In this document: positions 1 to 9,265 of the stretch, one piece after another
Position numbering within the stretch: the first letter of the stretch is position 1
Layout: the number at the start of each line of letters is the position of its first letter
Virus record (IMG/VR): IMGVR_UViG_3300032226_000551
Coordinates: 1 to 64,000 of that record
Reading direction: 5' to 3' (one strand)
DNA: 64,000 nt
Source: a virus
Taxonomy: Duplodnaviria > Caudoviricetes
Translations under genes and position numbers: made by a program
Notes under the pieces: generated by a model
What the model was told of the DNA's origin: nothing
The model's database searches: none
The model's input: the letters and a program-made list of their open reading frames with translations, nothing else

Positions 1-3000
1 AGTAATCGTATATGGTACACTAGTACCATTTGATACATTAGTTGTTGTTAGAGTGAAAATAACAGAATCTGGTTCATTTACAGAAGTTTTATTTGAAGTA
101 AGTTGATATGTTGGTGGTGGTGTACAAACATTTTGATAATCAGAATAATTGTTTATTTCTCTATTTGAATCCAACCAATTTATTTTATATAAATCAGTAT
201 GTGCAGGAGTAATTTTCTTAATATTACTTCTTATAGAATCTTCTATTAATTTTTTAACGCTATCATCTGCTTTTAAATTATGAATATTGATATTAAAGTA
301 TTTGCTTTTATTTGTAGGTAATTGCATCTGAAACCAATGTTTGATTTCTTCCACGTAATTTCTTTCTCCTATTGGTATATTCCATTTCAATGGACCTTTA
401 TCGACAGATAATGGTGATGCAAAATATAATTCTGCTATTTGTCCTTGTGTCAAGGATTTGTTATACATTACTATTTGACCAACATCACCCAATAATTTAT
501 AAGCATCATCGATTTGTATTAAATCATTTAGTGTTGTATTTTTTATGTTTGATGCACCAACCAATATAGAAGATTTATAATCGTATTGTATTTGATATTT
601 TGCTTTATCAAAATTTTCTGTGGCAACCAAATAGGTATCTATGTAGTATTTTGCGGTTCCTTCTGTTGAATTAAAATTGAAAACAAAATTATGCCAACCC
701 GGTGGAAGATCTTTAACATCATATGTCAATTTCAATAATCTTCCTTCTTTTCCATTTGCAGTACCAACTTTAAATTTCCAACTTAAATTTTTTTCTAATG
801 AACCAAATTTTCTTAAAAATTGATAACTACTAAAATCACCCAATGCTTTAAATTTCAATCCATCATTAACCGTAGATAAATCAACTGTTACTAGTCCATA
901 TAAACTTAATCTAGAAACTAATGATCCTTCAGAATTTATTAGATAAACAATCTTATCGGAATCATCGATTAATATAGCCAAATCCTCTGTTTTATCCGTA
1001 GTTTCAACACAAACTTTACTAATTTTTGGAGTTTTAATAAAATTTAAAAATCTGAATTGACCGTTATATTCAAAACAATCATCATCTATTAAAACATTTT
1101 TTCCTATACTTTTTGTAAATTCAAATTTATCTTCTGTTATATTGAATTTTGTTATTTTATCTTTTAAATGTACTATCCACAAATTATTATTTGCATCGCA
1201 TGTTATTTGTTGTATCGGACCAAGATTTGCATATATTTGTTGATCTTTATATAAGTTTCCTCCTATGACTTCCCATAGACTATTATCATTATCTATACAC
1301 GATGAATCTCCATATGAATACCTTTCTTCATCATTTAAACCTATTTCTATTCTTTTATATTGATTTGGTAAAATTTTAGAAAAAACAAAATCACCACTAC
1401 TATTTAATTTTACTAAATTTTTCTTTTCAATATTATATAAATATAAATTTTCTTGAGAATCTATTTCAACCTGATCTATATATGTTATATCTGTTGTATA
1501 ATCTTTTATATAAACAGTTTTTTGTATCTTTCCTTCTATACTATATTTTCTTAATATTCTATTATATGAATCGATTATCCAATAACTAAAATCCATTAGT
1601 CTTTGTACAATACAATTTTCACTATTAACAACATCTGGTATTTTTATATTATCTAAATGTGAAAGTTTATAATTTAAATTGAAAATATTTCCAGATGTTG
1701 ATTCTATAACAGTGAATATTGGTGATGTTAAAGATGCCTCGTTTATAAAACCAAAACCACTATCATAATAATTTCCTATAATTTGATCACCATTTATGTT
1801 TCCCCAATCTTGTACATTCAACCATAAAGATACGGTCAGGTGATTTTTTTCCAATAAAACATTTTTAGCGGGAAATACTATATGATTTTTACCATCAAAT
1901 GTCATATAATCACCTTTTAAATTTGAATCTGTATTTCCAACAATAAATCCACTATTTAAATATGGTGTATTATCTATTAGAGGAGAACTGGTAAAATTTG
2001 ATATATCCAATATTTTAGAACCGAGTAAATTGTAAAAATCAGAACTTAAATATTTTAAAAATGTTCTGGAATTTTCTTGTCCAGAACGGAAGTAGATATA
2101 CTGTCCGCCGGGTTCGAAGATTAAAGAAGATGGTTCATCCCAAACTTCAAAATCCACATCGGGATTCAACTTCTCGTTATACAAAAGATCCGTTGCTCCC
2201 AATGCTGTATCTGTTGTATAGTATGCTGAATTGAAATATCGATCCATCCATTTTTTCTGACCCATTGGATTTCCAGATAGCCATGTGCAAAGCCATGTTC
2301 CATCCAATCTTGGCATAGACGGTGGTTGTGCAACATTAGGAGTCAGTTCTTCATATGATATTTGTCTTGTATAGATTCTATCTGAAACATATGGCATTTC
2401 TCCATAATAAGCACCATCATCAATCAATCCAGAATCATGAACCGATATTCTTTCTGTGGTTGGTGGAAAGTAAAATACAGTATTTTTATCTGTTTCAAAT
2501 TTTTTCAAGTATGTATTTGCAGTGAATCCTAAATACACATTCTCCAAACCATTTTCTTGATTTGTTCCGGAGAATATATTGTTATACTCTCTTCTTATTG
2601 GTTTATAGTCCTCAACATAGTCAAATCCACGCGAATAGTTATATTCTGGTGTTTGATAATTTTTTAGTCCATGAATTTGTAAATTATAATCTACATATCC
2701 ATCTATATCATTGAATACTGGATTTTGATATGGAAAAAATGATAAGAAATTTTGTTTATAATTTTCCAGTAAACTCTCTTGTGACGGAACTATATTTTTT
2801 TGTGATGAAAGAGGACTAGAAAGATACCTACAAAAATAACTATTTTTAATACTATTTGTTTCTAAATTTTTTCTTTCATAAGAAATAAAATTTAAAATTT
2901 TATCGCTTTCCAATACAGCATTTAAATTGTATGATACGTTAGTAAGTGATAATATTCGGTTTGTATTTATCGTTACCGCTTTTGAATAATTGCTTCCATA

Positions 3001-3543
3001 TGAAAATAAAACTATATTATCATCACCTAAAAGATAATTAAATTTTTGTGTATCAGAAGGTGGAGATATTCTAGATGAAAAAAACAAATTATTTGAACCA
3101 TCATAGGTTAATACATTACCATCATTCGATTCTAGTGATACTGTATCATCATCAAAAACTATTTTTATATTATCTAAATATGAATAGTTTTTAGTATATG
3201 ATTTATATAGTATAGTTTTGTTTTGATGTGAAGATAATGTTATTACAAAGGAATCAAAATCGGAAGTTTTAAATGGTGTTTCTATTTTAGTAAGATCGGT
3301 TAAATTTTGAGGAGAACCTTTATCTTCAAAAAAATCTTCAGACAACAAAAGATCGGTTAAAACCATTCCGGTTTTTTTGTTTATTTTTATATCTTTTGAA
3401 TTTTGTAAAAAATTGTAAACGTTTGCTTTAAAACCATTATCAAAAACAAATGATGTGTTTTTTACATTTATTTTTTCTCCCATTAAATTAAAATTTATAG
3501 GATACCAATATATGTCTGATATTTTTGTTGAATAAAGTTCCAT
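1..3543 (-). CDS. Large baseplate/tail-associated protein (>1181 aa, 3' end outside window) with LamG-like, beta-propeller-like and Calx-beta-like regions
   Basis: Not in ORF track (no stop in window). Hand translation from ATG 3543: MELYSTKISDIYWYP...HLTVSLWLNVQDW...GWHNFVFNFNS...GDVGQIVMYNKSLTQGQIAELY (LamG-like)...IKKITPAHTDLYKINW...NVSNGTSVPYTIT; TAAGTA box 6 nt upstream. Confidence 0.8.
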   Translation of the reverse strand, partial: MELYSTKISDIYWYPINFNLMGEKINVKNTSFVFDNGFKANVYNFLQNSKDIKINKKTGMVLTDLLLSEDFFEDKGSPQNLTDLTKIETPFKTSDFDSFVITLSSHQNKTILYKSYTKNYSYLDNIKIVFDDDTVSLESNDGNVLTYDGSNNLFFSSRISPPSDTQKFNYLLGDDNIVLFSYGSNYSKAVTINTNRILSLTNVSYNLNAVLESDKILNFISYERKNLETNSIKNSYFCRYLSSPLSSQKNIVPSQESLLENYKQNFLSFFPYQNPVFNDIDGYVDYNLQIHGLKNYQTPEYNYSRGFDYVEDYKPIRREYNNIFSGTNQENGLENVYLGFTANTYLKKFETDKNTVFYFPPTTERISVHDSGLIDDGAYYGEMPYVSDRIYTRQISYEELTPNVAQPPSMPRLDGTWLCTWLSGNPMGQKKWMDRYFNSAYYTTDTALGATDLLYNEKLNPDVDFEVWDEPSSLIFEPGGQYIYFRSGQENSRTFLKYLSSDFYNLLGSKILDISNFTSSPLIDNTPYLNSGFIVGNTDSNLKGDYMTFDGKNHIVFPAKNVLLEKNHLTVSLWLNVQDWGNINGDQIIGNYYDSGFGFINEASLTSPIFTVIESTSGNIFNLNYKLSHLDNIKIPDVVNSENCIVQRLMDFSYWIIDSYNRILRKYSIEGKIQKTVYIKDYTTDITYIDQVEIDSQENLYLYNIEKKNLVKLNSSGDFVFSKILPNQYKRIEIGLNDEERYSYGDSSCIDNDNSLWEVIGGNLYKDQQIYANLGPIQQITCDANNNLWIVHLKDKITKFNITEDKFEFTKSIGKNVLIDDDCFEYNGQFRFLNFIKTPKISKVCVETTDKTEDLAILIDDSDKIVYLINSEGSLVSRLSLYGLVTVDLSTVNDGLKFKALGDFSSYQFLRKFGSLEKNLSWKFKVGTANGKEGRLLKLTYDVKDLPPGWHNFVFNFNSTEGTAKYYIDTYLVATENFDKAKYQIQYDYKSSILVGASNIKNTTLNDLIQIDDAYKLLGDVGQIVMYNKSLTQGQIAELYFASPLSVDKGPLKWNIPIGERNYVEEIKHWFQMQLPTNKSKYFNINIHNLKADDSVKKLIEDSIRSNIKKITPAHTDLYKINWLDSNREINNYSDYQNVCTPPPTYQLTSNKTSVNEPDSVIFTLTTTNVSNGTSVPYTIT

Positions 3544-3552
3544 TTATAATAC

Positions 3553-4275
3553 TTAACTGTAAAAATCAGTTTCTAATAATTTATCAACTATAACATCTGT
3601 TGTTATAGATTGTAGTGTAGCATATGGCAATAAACAATTTATATTATCTATTACAAGATTTTGATCCTTTTTTAAAATGGTGCTTATTATACCAAATTCA
3701 TCTTTATTTCCACGCAATATAAAAGATACATTAAAACATCTAGTATCATTATTATAGGATATTTTACAAGGTTCTAAAATAGGTTTTTTAGTAAGATTGG
3801 AAAAATTACAATATGTTAAATTTATATCATATGAAAATTTTGATGAATATGTATTTTTTAATATATCAAATTGTTTTATCGTAACATTTATTTTTACATT
3901 AGTAGAAGTCCAGTATTTTATTTGATTATCAACAACATATATTTTTTTATTCACTTCATCCAACCAATAATCTGGAAATTTATTACCATTTGCTGTTATG
4001 ATTAATCTATCATCATTATTTGATGGTATTAAGATGTTATTATTTTTTGTTAATTTATCAAAAATATATCCTGTTTCGGTTTCTAAAAAAATAACATCAT
4101 AGAAAAAATCAAATCTTTTTATTTGATTGTTAATCAATTCTGAATAAAAATCAGTATTAACTGTACTATATTTCAAATTTAATGCTGATAATGCATCAGT
4201 TGATGGTAATATTTTACCAGATGGTGTTCTTAACCACAATTCTCCATCTACATCATTTTCTAATATCTTATTCAT
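3553..4275 (-). CDS. Hypothetical protein, tail/baseplate block
   Basis: 240 aa ORF packed between structural genes; TAAATA box upstream. Confidence 0.7.
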   Translation of the reverse strand: MNKILENDVDGELWLRTPSGKILPSTDALSALNLKYSTVNTDFYSELINNQIKRFDFFYDVIFLETETGYIFDKLTKNNNILIPSNNDDRLIITANGNKFPDYWLDEVNKKIYVVDNQIKYWTSTNVKINVTIKQFDILKNTYSSKFSYDINLTYCNFSNLTKKPILEPCKISYNNDTRCFNVSFILRGNKDEFGIISTILKKDQNLVIDNINCLLPYATLQSITTDVIVDKLLETDFYS

Positions 4276-4278
4276 ATT

Positions 4279-4947
4279 TTATTTACAATCCGGATAATTT
4301 GGATCATTTTCAACTTCTTTTTGTTTATCTACAAAATCTATGTTATATGGATTTTCCACATTTGAATTCTGGAAAGATTGTAGTATATCATATGCTCTCC
4401 TTGATTTAGAAGATAGATCAATTACTGGTTTAATTATTGGTTTTTTATTCCAATTTACAACTACCGGAATATAATAATTTGGATCTATAGTTTCAAATAC
4501 ATATAAAATGTCGTTGTTTACACCAAACATTCTGGTGTACAATAACTGAACACTATCAAAAACCCCACCTGTTCCATCCATTTTAGGTGATGTTAAATTT
4601 AATTTAAATTCAATTTTAGTGGGATTTGTCACTCCTATCTGATAAACATTTACACTAATTCCAAAAACTTGCGATGTGGCAGTTGATGTAATATAAAAAG
4701 TCTTATTACATTTGTAATTTCTTGGATCTCCTATTTCACTTTGAAATGGTAGAGTTTCGGTAGTTGTTTTTTTATAAAATAAACTTTGAATTTTTGTTTC
4801 ATCCTCGAAAATATATTCAATTTTATGTATTTTTTTAGAAATATTTAATGTTGATGGATTTATAGTTAATTTTAATGGCGCATAAAAATTATTTATAGTA
4901 TTATGCAAAGAGGTTGTTAAATTTAATGATGTTTCAAAATTTAGCAT
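4279..4947 (-). CDS. Hypothetical beta-rich protein, tail/baseplate block
   Basis: 222 aa ORF; TAAGTA box 7 nt upstream. Confidence 0.7.
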   Translation of the reverse strand: MLNFETSLNLTTSLHNTINNFYAPLKLTINPSTLNISKKIHKIEYIFEDETKIQSLFYKKTTTETLPFQSEIGDPRNYKCNKTFYITSTATSQVFGISVNVYQIGVTNPTKIEFKLNLTSPKMDGTGGVFDSVQLLYTRMFGVNNDILYVFETIDPNYYIPVVVNWNKKPIIKPVIDLSSKSRRAYDILQSFQNSNVENPYNIDFVDKQKEVENDPNYPDCK

Positions 4948-4989
4948 TTATTAATACTTAATAATAAGTGTTAAATATTCTATTATATA

Positions 4990-7176
4990 TTATTGATATT
5001 GCATTCCCGATGCCGAACTACCAAAACCACCTCCAGCATTTACATAGAATCTAACACCCGTAACATCTAACCATGGTATGGCTACTGACCATCTGGGTCT
5101 ATCAAAACTTGTATAACCCACTATTGTATTTGTAGATCTAAACCATCTTACGATTGCATCATCTCCTTGTGTTCCGTTTGTTTCTGAATTAACGGTATAT
5201 ACTGCGTCTGCAACTGTAGGATAATTTGGATGTCTGAAAACCATTTGCGCCCATCCACCAAAACCTGTTCCTCCACCGTTCATATAAACTCTTGCTGAAT
5301 CAAATTCCGAAAAGTTGTATAATGTTACAAATGCTAAACCAACTTCGACTGGTGGTTTTTGTGTGTCATTTATTGTAATTGATTTTGATGTAGGACATGT
5401 AGCAGAATTTATCGTAAGAGTCATTGTTTCTGTTCCTTCTAGTAGCACATCATTTGTTATAGTAAATGATACCATTCCAGAACCTTTATAAAGAGTGAAA
5501 TTTCCGGTTAAACTAGCTCCGTTTATATCTGCTGGAGTAATTCCTGTTATGGTATATGGTACAGTTCCATCTCCTAGTAAAGTAGAATCTAAAATAAAGT
5601 TAACTGTTGTTCCTTCATCTGTTGTGTTTACATTACTAGTTAAACGATATAATGTTGGATAAACTCTCCAATCTTTATTTTTTGCAATTAACCAATTGCA
5701 TGAACATGTTCCTGTATTATTATCTACATTTATAGACCATTCTGGTGTTATGCTTGTTGGTTTTTGTGGAAGTTGATTAAATATGTCATTTAAATTTGTT
5801 GCTGACATATTGTTGTTTTTTATTGTTATTGTTCTTGTTGTATTTTGTGTTAAAGAAATATTAGATAATCCACTTAAATTTCCACCTATATTATTAGCTT
5901 CTAAATTTAATGTTTCCAATGATACACAAGAAGACACGTTCAAACTACTTAAATTATTAGAATAAAAATCAAGTGTTTTTAAACTAGAACAATTAGTCAA
6001 ATTCAATAATGCTACAGATTTTTTGATGCATGTCATTGTTTGTAACAATCTACAATTTGATAAATCTATAGCACCACCAAGATAGTTTGGTAAATTTACT
6101 GTTATATTAGTTAATGCCTGTCTAGGTTCTATATAAAGATCGGTTGATTGTGTTGAGATTGTTACACCAGAACCGTCCGATGGGGTAGTTGTTATAGAAG
6201 GCTGTGAACTCCATCCTGACCATAATACTGGCAATGTACCAGATCCGCTACTAGTACATTGATAACCTCTCTCATCATTGTTGGTTTGAATTGTTGCAAA
6301 TTCTGAACCATCTATCCAACATCCCCCTTGTCCACCATTACCAAAGCTGGTAGTTGATCCTGCTAATCCATTTTCTCCATCTTGTCCCCATGCACCACCA
6401 TCTCCACCATCTCCGGTAAATATAGAAGCTCCGTATATTGTGCCAACTATACCAGAAGTTGGAACCGAACCATAACCTTGTCCGTTTCCTCCTTTTCCAC
6501 CAGTGTATGTTGTACATTCTCTATATTTGGTATTGCATGTACCAACAGTTGATCCGTTACAATCAGAACCATTGCTATAATATTGACAAGATGAACCACA
6601 TGCTGCTTCAACCGTACAATCATTTGGAGTAGAACAATAATTTCTTCCTTGACAATTAAATATGCAACATTTACCACAATAGGATGCACCTGAACAATTT
6701 GTAGATGATGTTAATACTTCTGTTTTATATGCTCCACCCCCACCACCGCCTCCACCCCCACCACCATATATATTTCCATTATTGGTTATAATAAGGTTTC
6801 TTCTAGTGTATATAGCAGTTCCTCCTTTTCCTCCATCAAAACCCGCTGTACTACCTCCTCCTATTGCACCAAATCCTGCTGCTCCTAATATTGAACCGTT
6901 GTTAATAAGGATAACCTGATCATACGATCTAAAAGTACTTGCACTATCGGCTGGAATAGTTATTGCTGGCGTTAAAGGATTATTTGAATATATATTAACA
7001 CCAGAATTAATTGTAATTATTCCTCTAAGTTTTTTTCCACCATTTCTATTCCAATTAAATCTACTAGCTGCTCTAGTACTTATATATGTCCATAAATTTA
7101 AATTTTGTTGGTCAGTAGTTATTGTATCAACTACTGTTAACCAACTACCATAATATCCTAATCCAAGTGATGCCAT
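4990..7176 (-). CDS. Putative receptor-binding adhesin: gp38-like Gly-rich domain, Cys-rich insert, LRR, Calx-beta-like Ig domain
   Basis: GGKGGTAI...IITNNGNIYGGGGGGG resembles T-even gp38; LxxLxLxxNxL repeats; TDEGTTVNF...NDVLLEGTETMTLTI. Confidence 0.65.
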   Translation of the reverse strand: MASLGLGYYGSWLTVVDTITTDQQNLNLWTYISTRAASRFNWNRNGGKKLRGIITINSGVNIYSNNPLTPAITIPADSASTFRSYDQVILINNGSILGAAGFGAIGGGSTAGFDGGKGGTAIYTRRNLIITNNGNIYGGGGGGGGGGGAYKTEVLTSSTNCSGASYCGKCCIFNCQGRNYCSTPNDCTVEAACGSSCQYYSNGSDCNGSTVGTCNTKYRECTTYTGGKGGNGQGYGSVPTSGIVGTIYGASIFTGDGGDGGAWGQDGENGLAGSTTSFGNGGQGGCWIDGSEFATIQTNNDERGYQCTSSGSGTLPVLWSGWSSQPSITTTPSDGSGVTISTQSTDLYIEPRQALTNITVNLPNYLGGAIDLSNCRLLQTMTCIKKSVALLNLTNCSSLKTLDFYSNNLSSLNVSSCVSLETLNLEANNIGGNLSGLSNISLTQNTTRTITIKNNNMSATNLNDIFNQLPQKPTSITPEWSINVDNNTGTCSCNWLIAKNKDWRVYPTLYRLTSNVNTTDEGTTVNFILDSTLLGDGTVPYTITGITPADINGASLTGNFTLYKGSGMVSFTITNDVLLEGTETMTLTINSATCPTSKSITINDTQKPPVEVGLAFVTLYNFSEFDSARVYMNGGGTGFGGWAQMVFRHPNYPTVADAVYTVNSETNGTQGDDAIVRWFRSTNTIVGYTSFDRPRWSVAIPWLDVTGVRFYVNAGGGFGSSASGMQYQ

Positions 7177-7180
7177 ATCA

Positions 7181-9253
7181 TTATGATAATAAATCTCCTA
7201 CAAGATACCAAGATGTACCTGTCCAATATGCACTTGCCGCTGAATTCGTAAATGCCAATTTTTTAAAATTGTTATCTGGTGTTGATAATATGGTTGGTGT
7301 TCCCGTACCTTGTGCAAATTGTACTACACCAGCACCAACTCTTATTACAGAAACTTGTGTTCCTGCTTTTAGACCAGTTGGTAATAGGATATTTATAGTA
7401 GATGTTGCATGATTTGCCAAAATTGTTTTATCGTGATCATCTTGTGTTACTGGATAATTTGCTGTTGTTGTTATGGGTGCATTTGGATCATTTTTTATTG
7501 AACCGTTTATTGTTAATGAACCAGTTGCTGATAGATTACCATATATTGTAACCGTATTACCATCTGCTCTTAATTTTTCAACATTGTTGGAGAATAATGA
7601 TACTACTCCGTTAGCCGCTCCACCACCCACTATAGGGCTAAATAAACCAGTATCACCATCAGATCCAAAAGCATAACCATTGGTTGATAAATCAGAATTA
7701 GATGGCGTACCTTGATTTGATCTAAATCCGGTAGCAGAAACTCTTCCATTTACTGTTAATTTTTCGGATGGTGTAGTAATTCCAATACCAACATTTCCAG
7801 AAGGAGCTATTCGCATTGCCTCTTGTTCGGTTGATACTAAAAATTGTATATCCGCATTAGCATGATTTGTTGCCAGTTTTAAATCTAAATTATCATGATT
7901 CCAACTTAAATAAGAACCATAAGGATTTGTTGGTCCTCCCATTACAACACCAGCATAGTTTGAATTTGGTGATAATAATGATATATAACAATTACCACTA
8001 TTTTCAAATACTCCAACACTATTAGCCTGTGCTGTTACTGAACCCGCTGAACCATTTTTAACGTGTAATAATCCTTCTGGTGATGTTTCCCCAATTCCAA
8101 CCTTTCCATCACATAATATACGCATTTTTTCTGTAGCATTAGTTCTAAAAATTATTGGATTACAATTCTGTTGATCTATTATAAATGAACCACCAAATGA
8201 TCTAATCCAATTATCAGCTGCTCCATTTCTAATAAATTCTAAAGCATTTACTCCTGTACCAAGAGCTATTCTAACATCTCCAGTAGTTGTTTCATCAGTA
8301 ACATGTAATTTTTGGGATGGTGACATTGTTCCTATTCCAACAAAACCATTATCATTAAAAACTATATCACCTCCATCAGAATCTATAAAATGAGCAATTG
8401 GTTGTGTTCCGGTTTGAGTAACTTTTAATGCGGGACCACTACCAGTATTTTCAATTGTCATTGCGGATGTAACTTGTACTTTGGTATCCAAATATGTATA
8501 TGCCCCCAATACGGTTAAATCTCCTGATATTTTTGCATCACCACATACGTTTAAATTTTTTGCAATACCAACACCACCATCAACTATCAATGCACCAGTT
8601 GTACAAGACGTGCTTTCGGTTGCATTGTTCAAATCTAGTTTTCCACATAAATTTAAATTTCCACCAATTCCAACTCCTCCATCAACTACCAATGCTCCAG
8701 TTGTACAAGAATCACTTTGGGTATCACCATTTATATTAACGGTGCTAGTAGTATCATTTCCAATGTTTATAGTAGAAGCATTACCTCCAAAATTAATAGT
8801 TGTAGTTGTTGTATTTAACAAATTAAAAGTGGAAGTAGAAGCTGTTAAATCTCCACCATCTATATCAACATCACCAACTACATTTAAATCTCCACCCAAA
8901 TTCGTATTTCCTAAAACATCTAAAACGTAACCACTGGATATAGAATTTTTGTTTATACCCACTGTACCATGCATTATATTTTTACCAAATGCAGTAGAAA
9001 GTGGTACGTTTAAACTAAATGCTGCTAAACCTATTTCTCCACCAATAGTGCGAACACCAGTTTTTGATGAATAAAAATATCCTGCATATGCACTTGCTGG
9101 TGCAACAGCACACAATGCTCCTTGTAATGAAAAATCTCCAAGGAAGGGTTGATCTGGACTTGCTATAGGATCATGAGAAGCATCAGGATTGGTAGGATTT
9201 CCGTATGTATGATGGTTTTTTCTGTGATATTTTGGATGGAATCTATTACTCAT
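7181..9253 (-). CDS. Tail fibre protein
   Basis: Repeated G.VGIG...P..KL.V motifs, duplicated TTGAL.VDGGVGI units, C-terminal W.LVGDL knob-type ending. Confidence 0.75.
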   Translation of the reverse strand: MSNRFHPKYHRKNHHTYGNPTNPDASHDPIASPDQPFLGDFSLQGALCAVAPASAYAGYFYSSKTGVRTIGGEIGLAAFSLNVPLSTAFGKNIMHGTVGINKNSISSGYVLDVLGNTNLGGDLNVVGDVDIDGGDLTASTSTFNLLNTTTTTINFGGNASTINIGNDTTSTVNINGDTQSDSCTTGALVVDGGVGIGGNLNLCGKLDLNNATESTSCTTGALIVDGGVGIAKNLNVCGDAKISGDLTVLGAYTYLDTKVQVTSAMTIENTGSGPALKVTQTGTQPIAHFIDSDGGDIVFNDNGFVGIGTMSPSQKLHVTDETTTGDVRIALGTGVNALEFIRNGAADNWIRSFGGSFIIDQQNCNPIIFRTNATEKMRILCDGKVGIGETSPEGLLHVKNGSAGSVTAQANSVGVFENSGNCYISLLSPNSNYAGVVMGGPTNPYGSYLSWNHDNLDLKLATNHANADIQFLVSTEQEAMRIAPSGNVGIGITTPSEKLTVNGRVSATGFRSNQGTPSNSDLSTNGYAFGSDGDTGLFSPIVGGGAANGVVSLFSNNVEKLRADGNTVTIYGNLSATGSLTINGSIKNDPNAPITTTANYPVTQDDHDKTILANHATSTINILLPTGLKAGTQVSVIRVGAGVVQFAQGTGTPTILSTPDNNFKKLAFTNSAASAYWTGTSWYLVGDLLS
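8545..8718 (-). repeat. Internal duplicated fibre unit (SCTTGALxVDGGVGIxxNLNxCG twice)
   Basis: Two near-identical peptide units visible in translation; boundaries approximate. Confidence 0.75.
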
Positions 9254-9265
9254 ATTTTTAAATAC

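Noticed and set aside
1-3543. Apparent 3.5 kb ORF-free region suggesting stop-codon recoding or ncRNA
   Set aside because: It is one open minus-strand frame running off the edge; TAA, TGA and TAG all end genes in the window and core genes are intact
4990-9253. Diversity-generating retroelement targeting fibre/adhesin
   Set aside because: No reverse transcriptase and no adenine-specific repeat pair seen; repeats are ordinary fibre units
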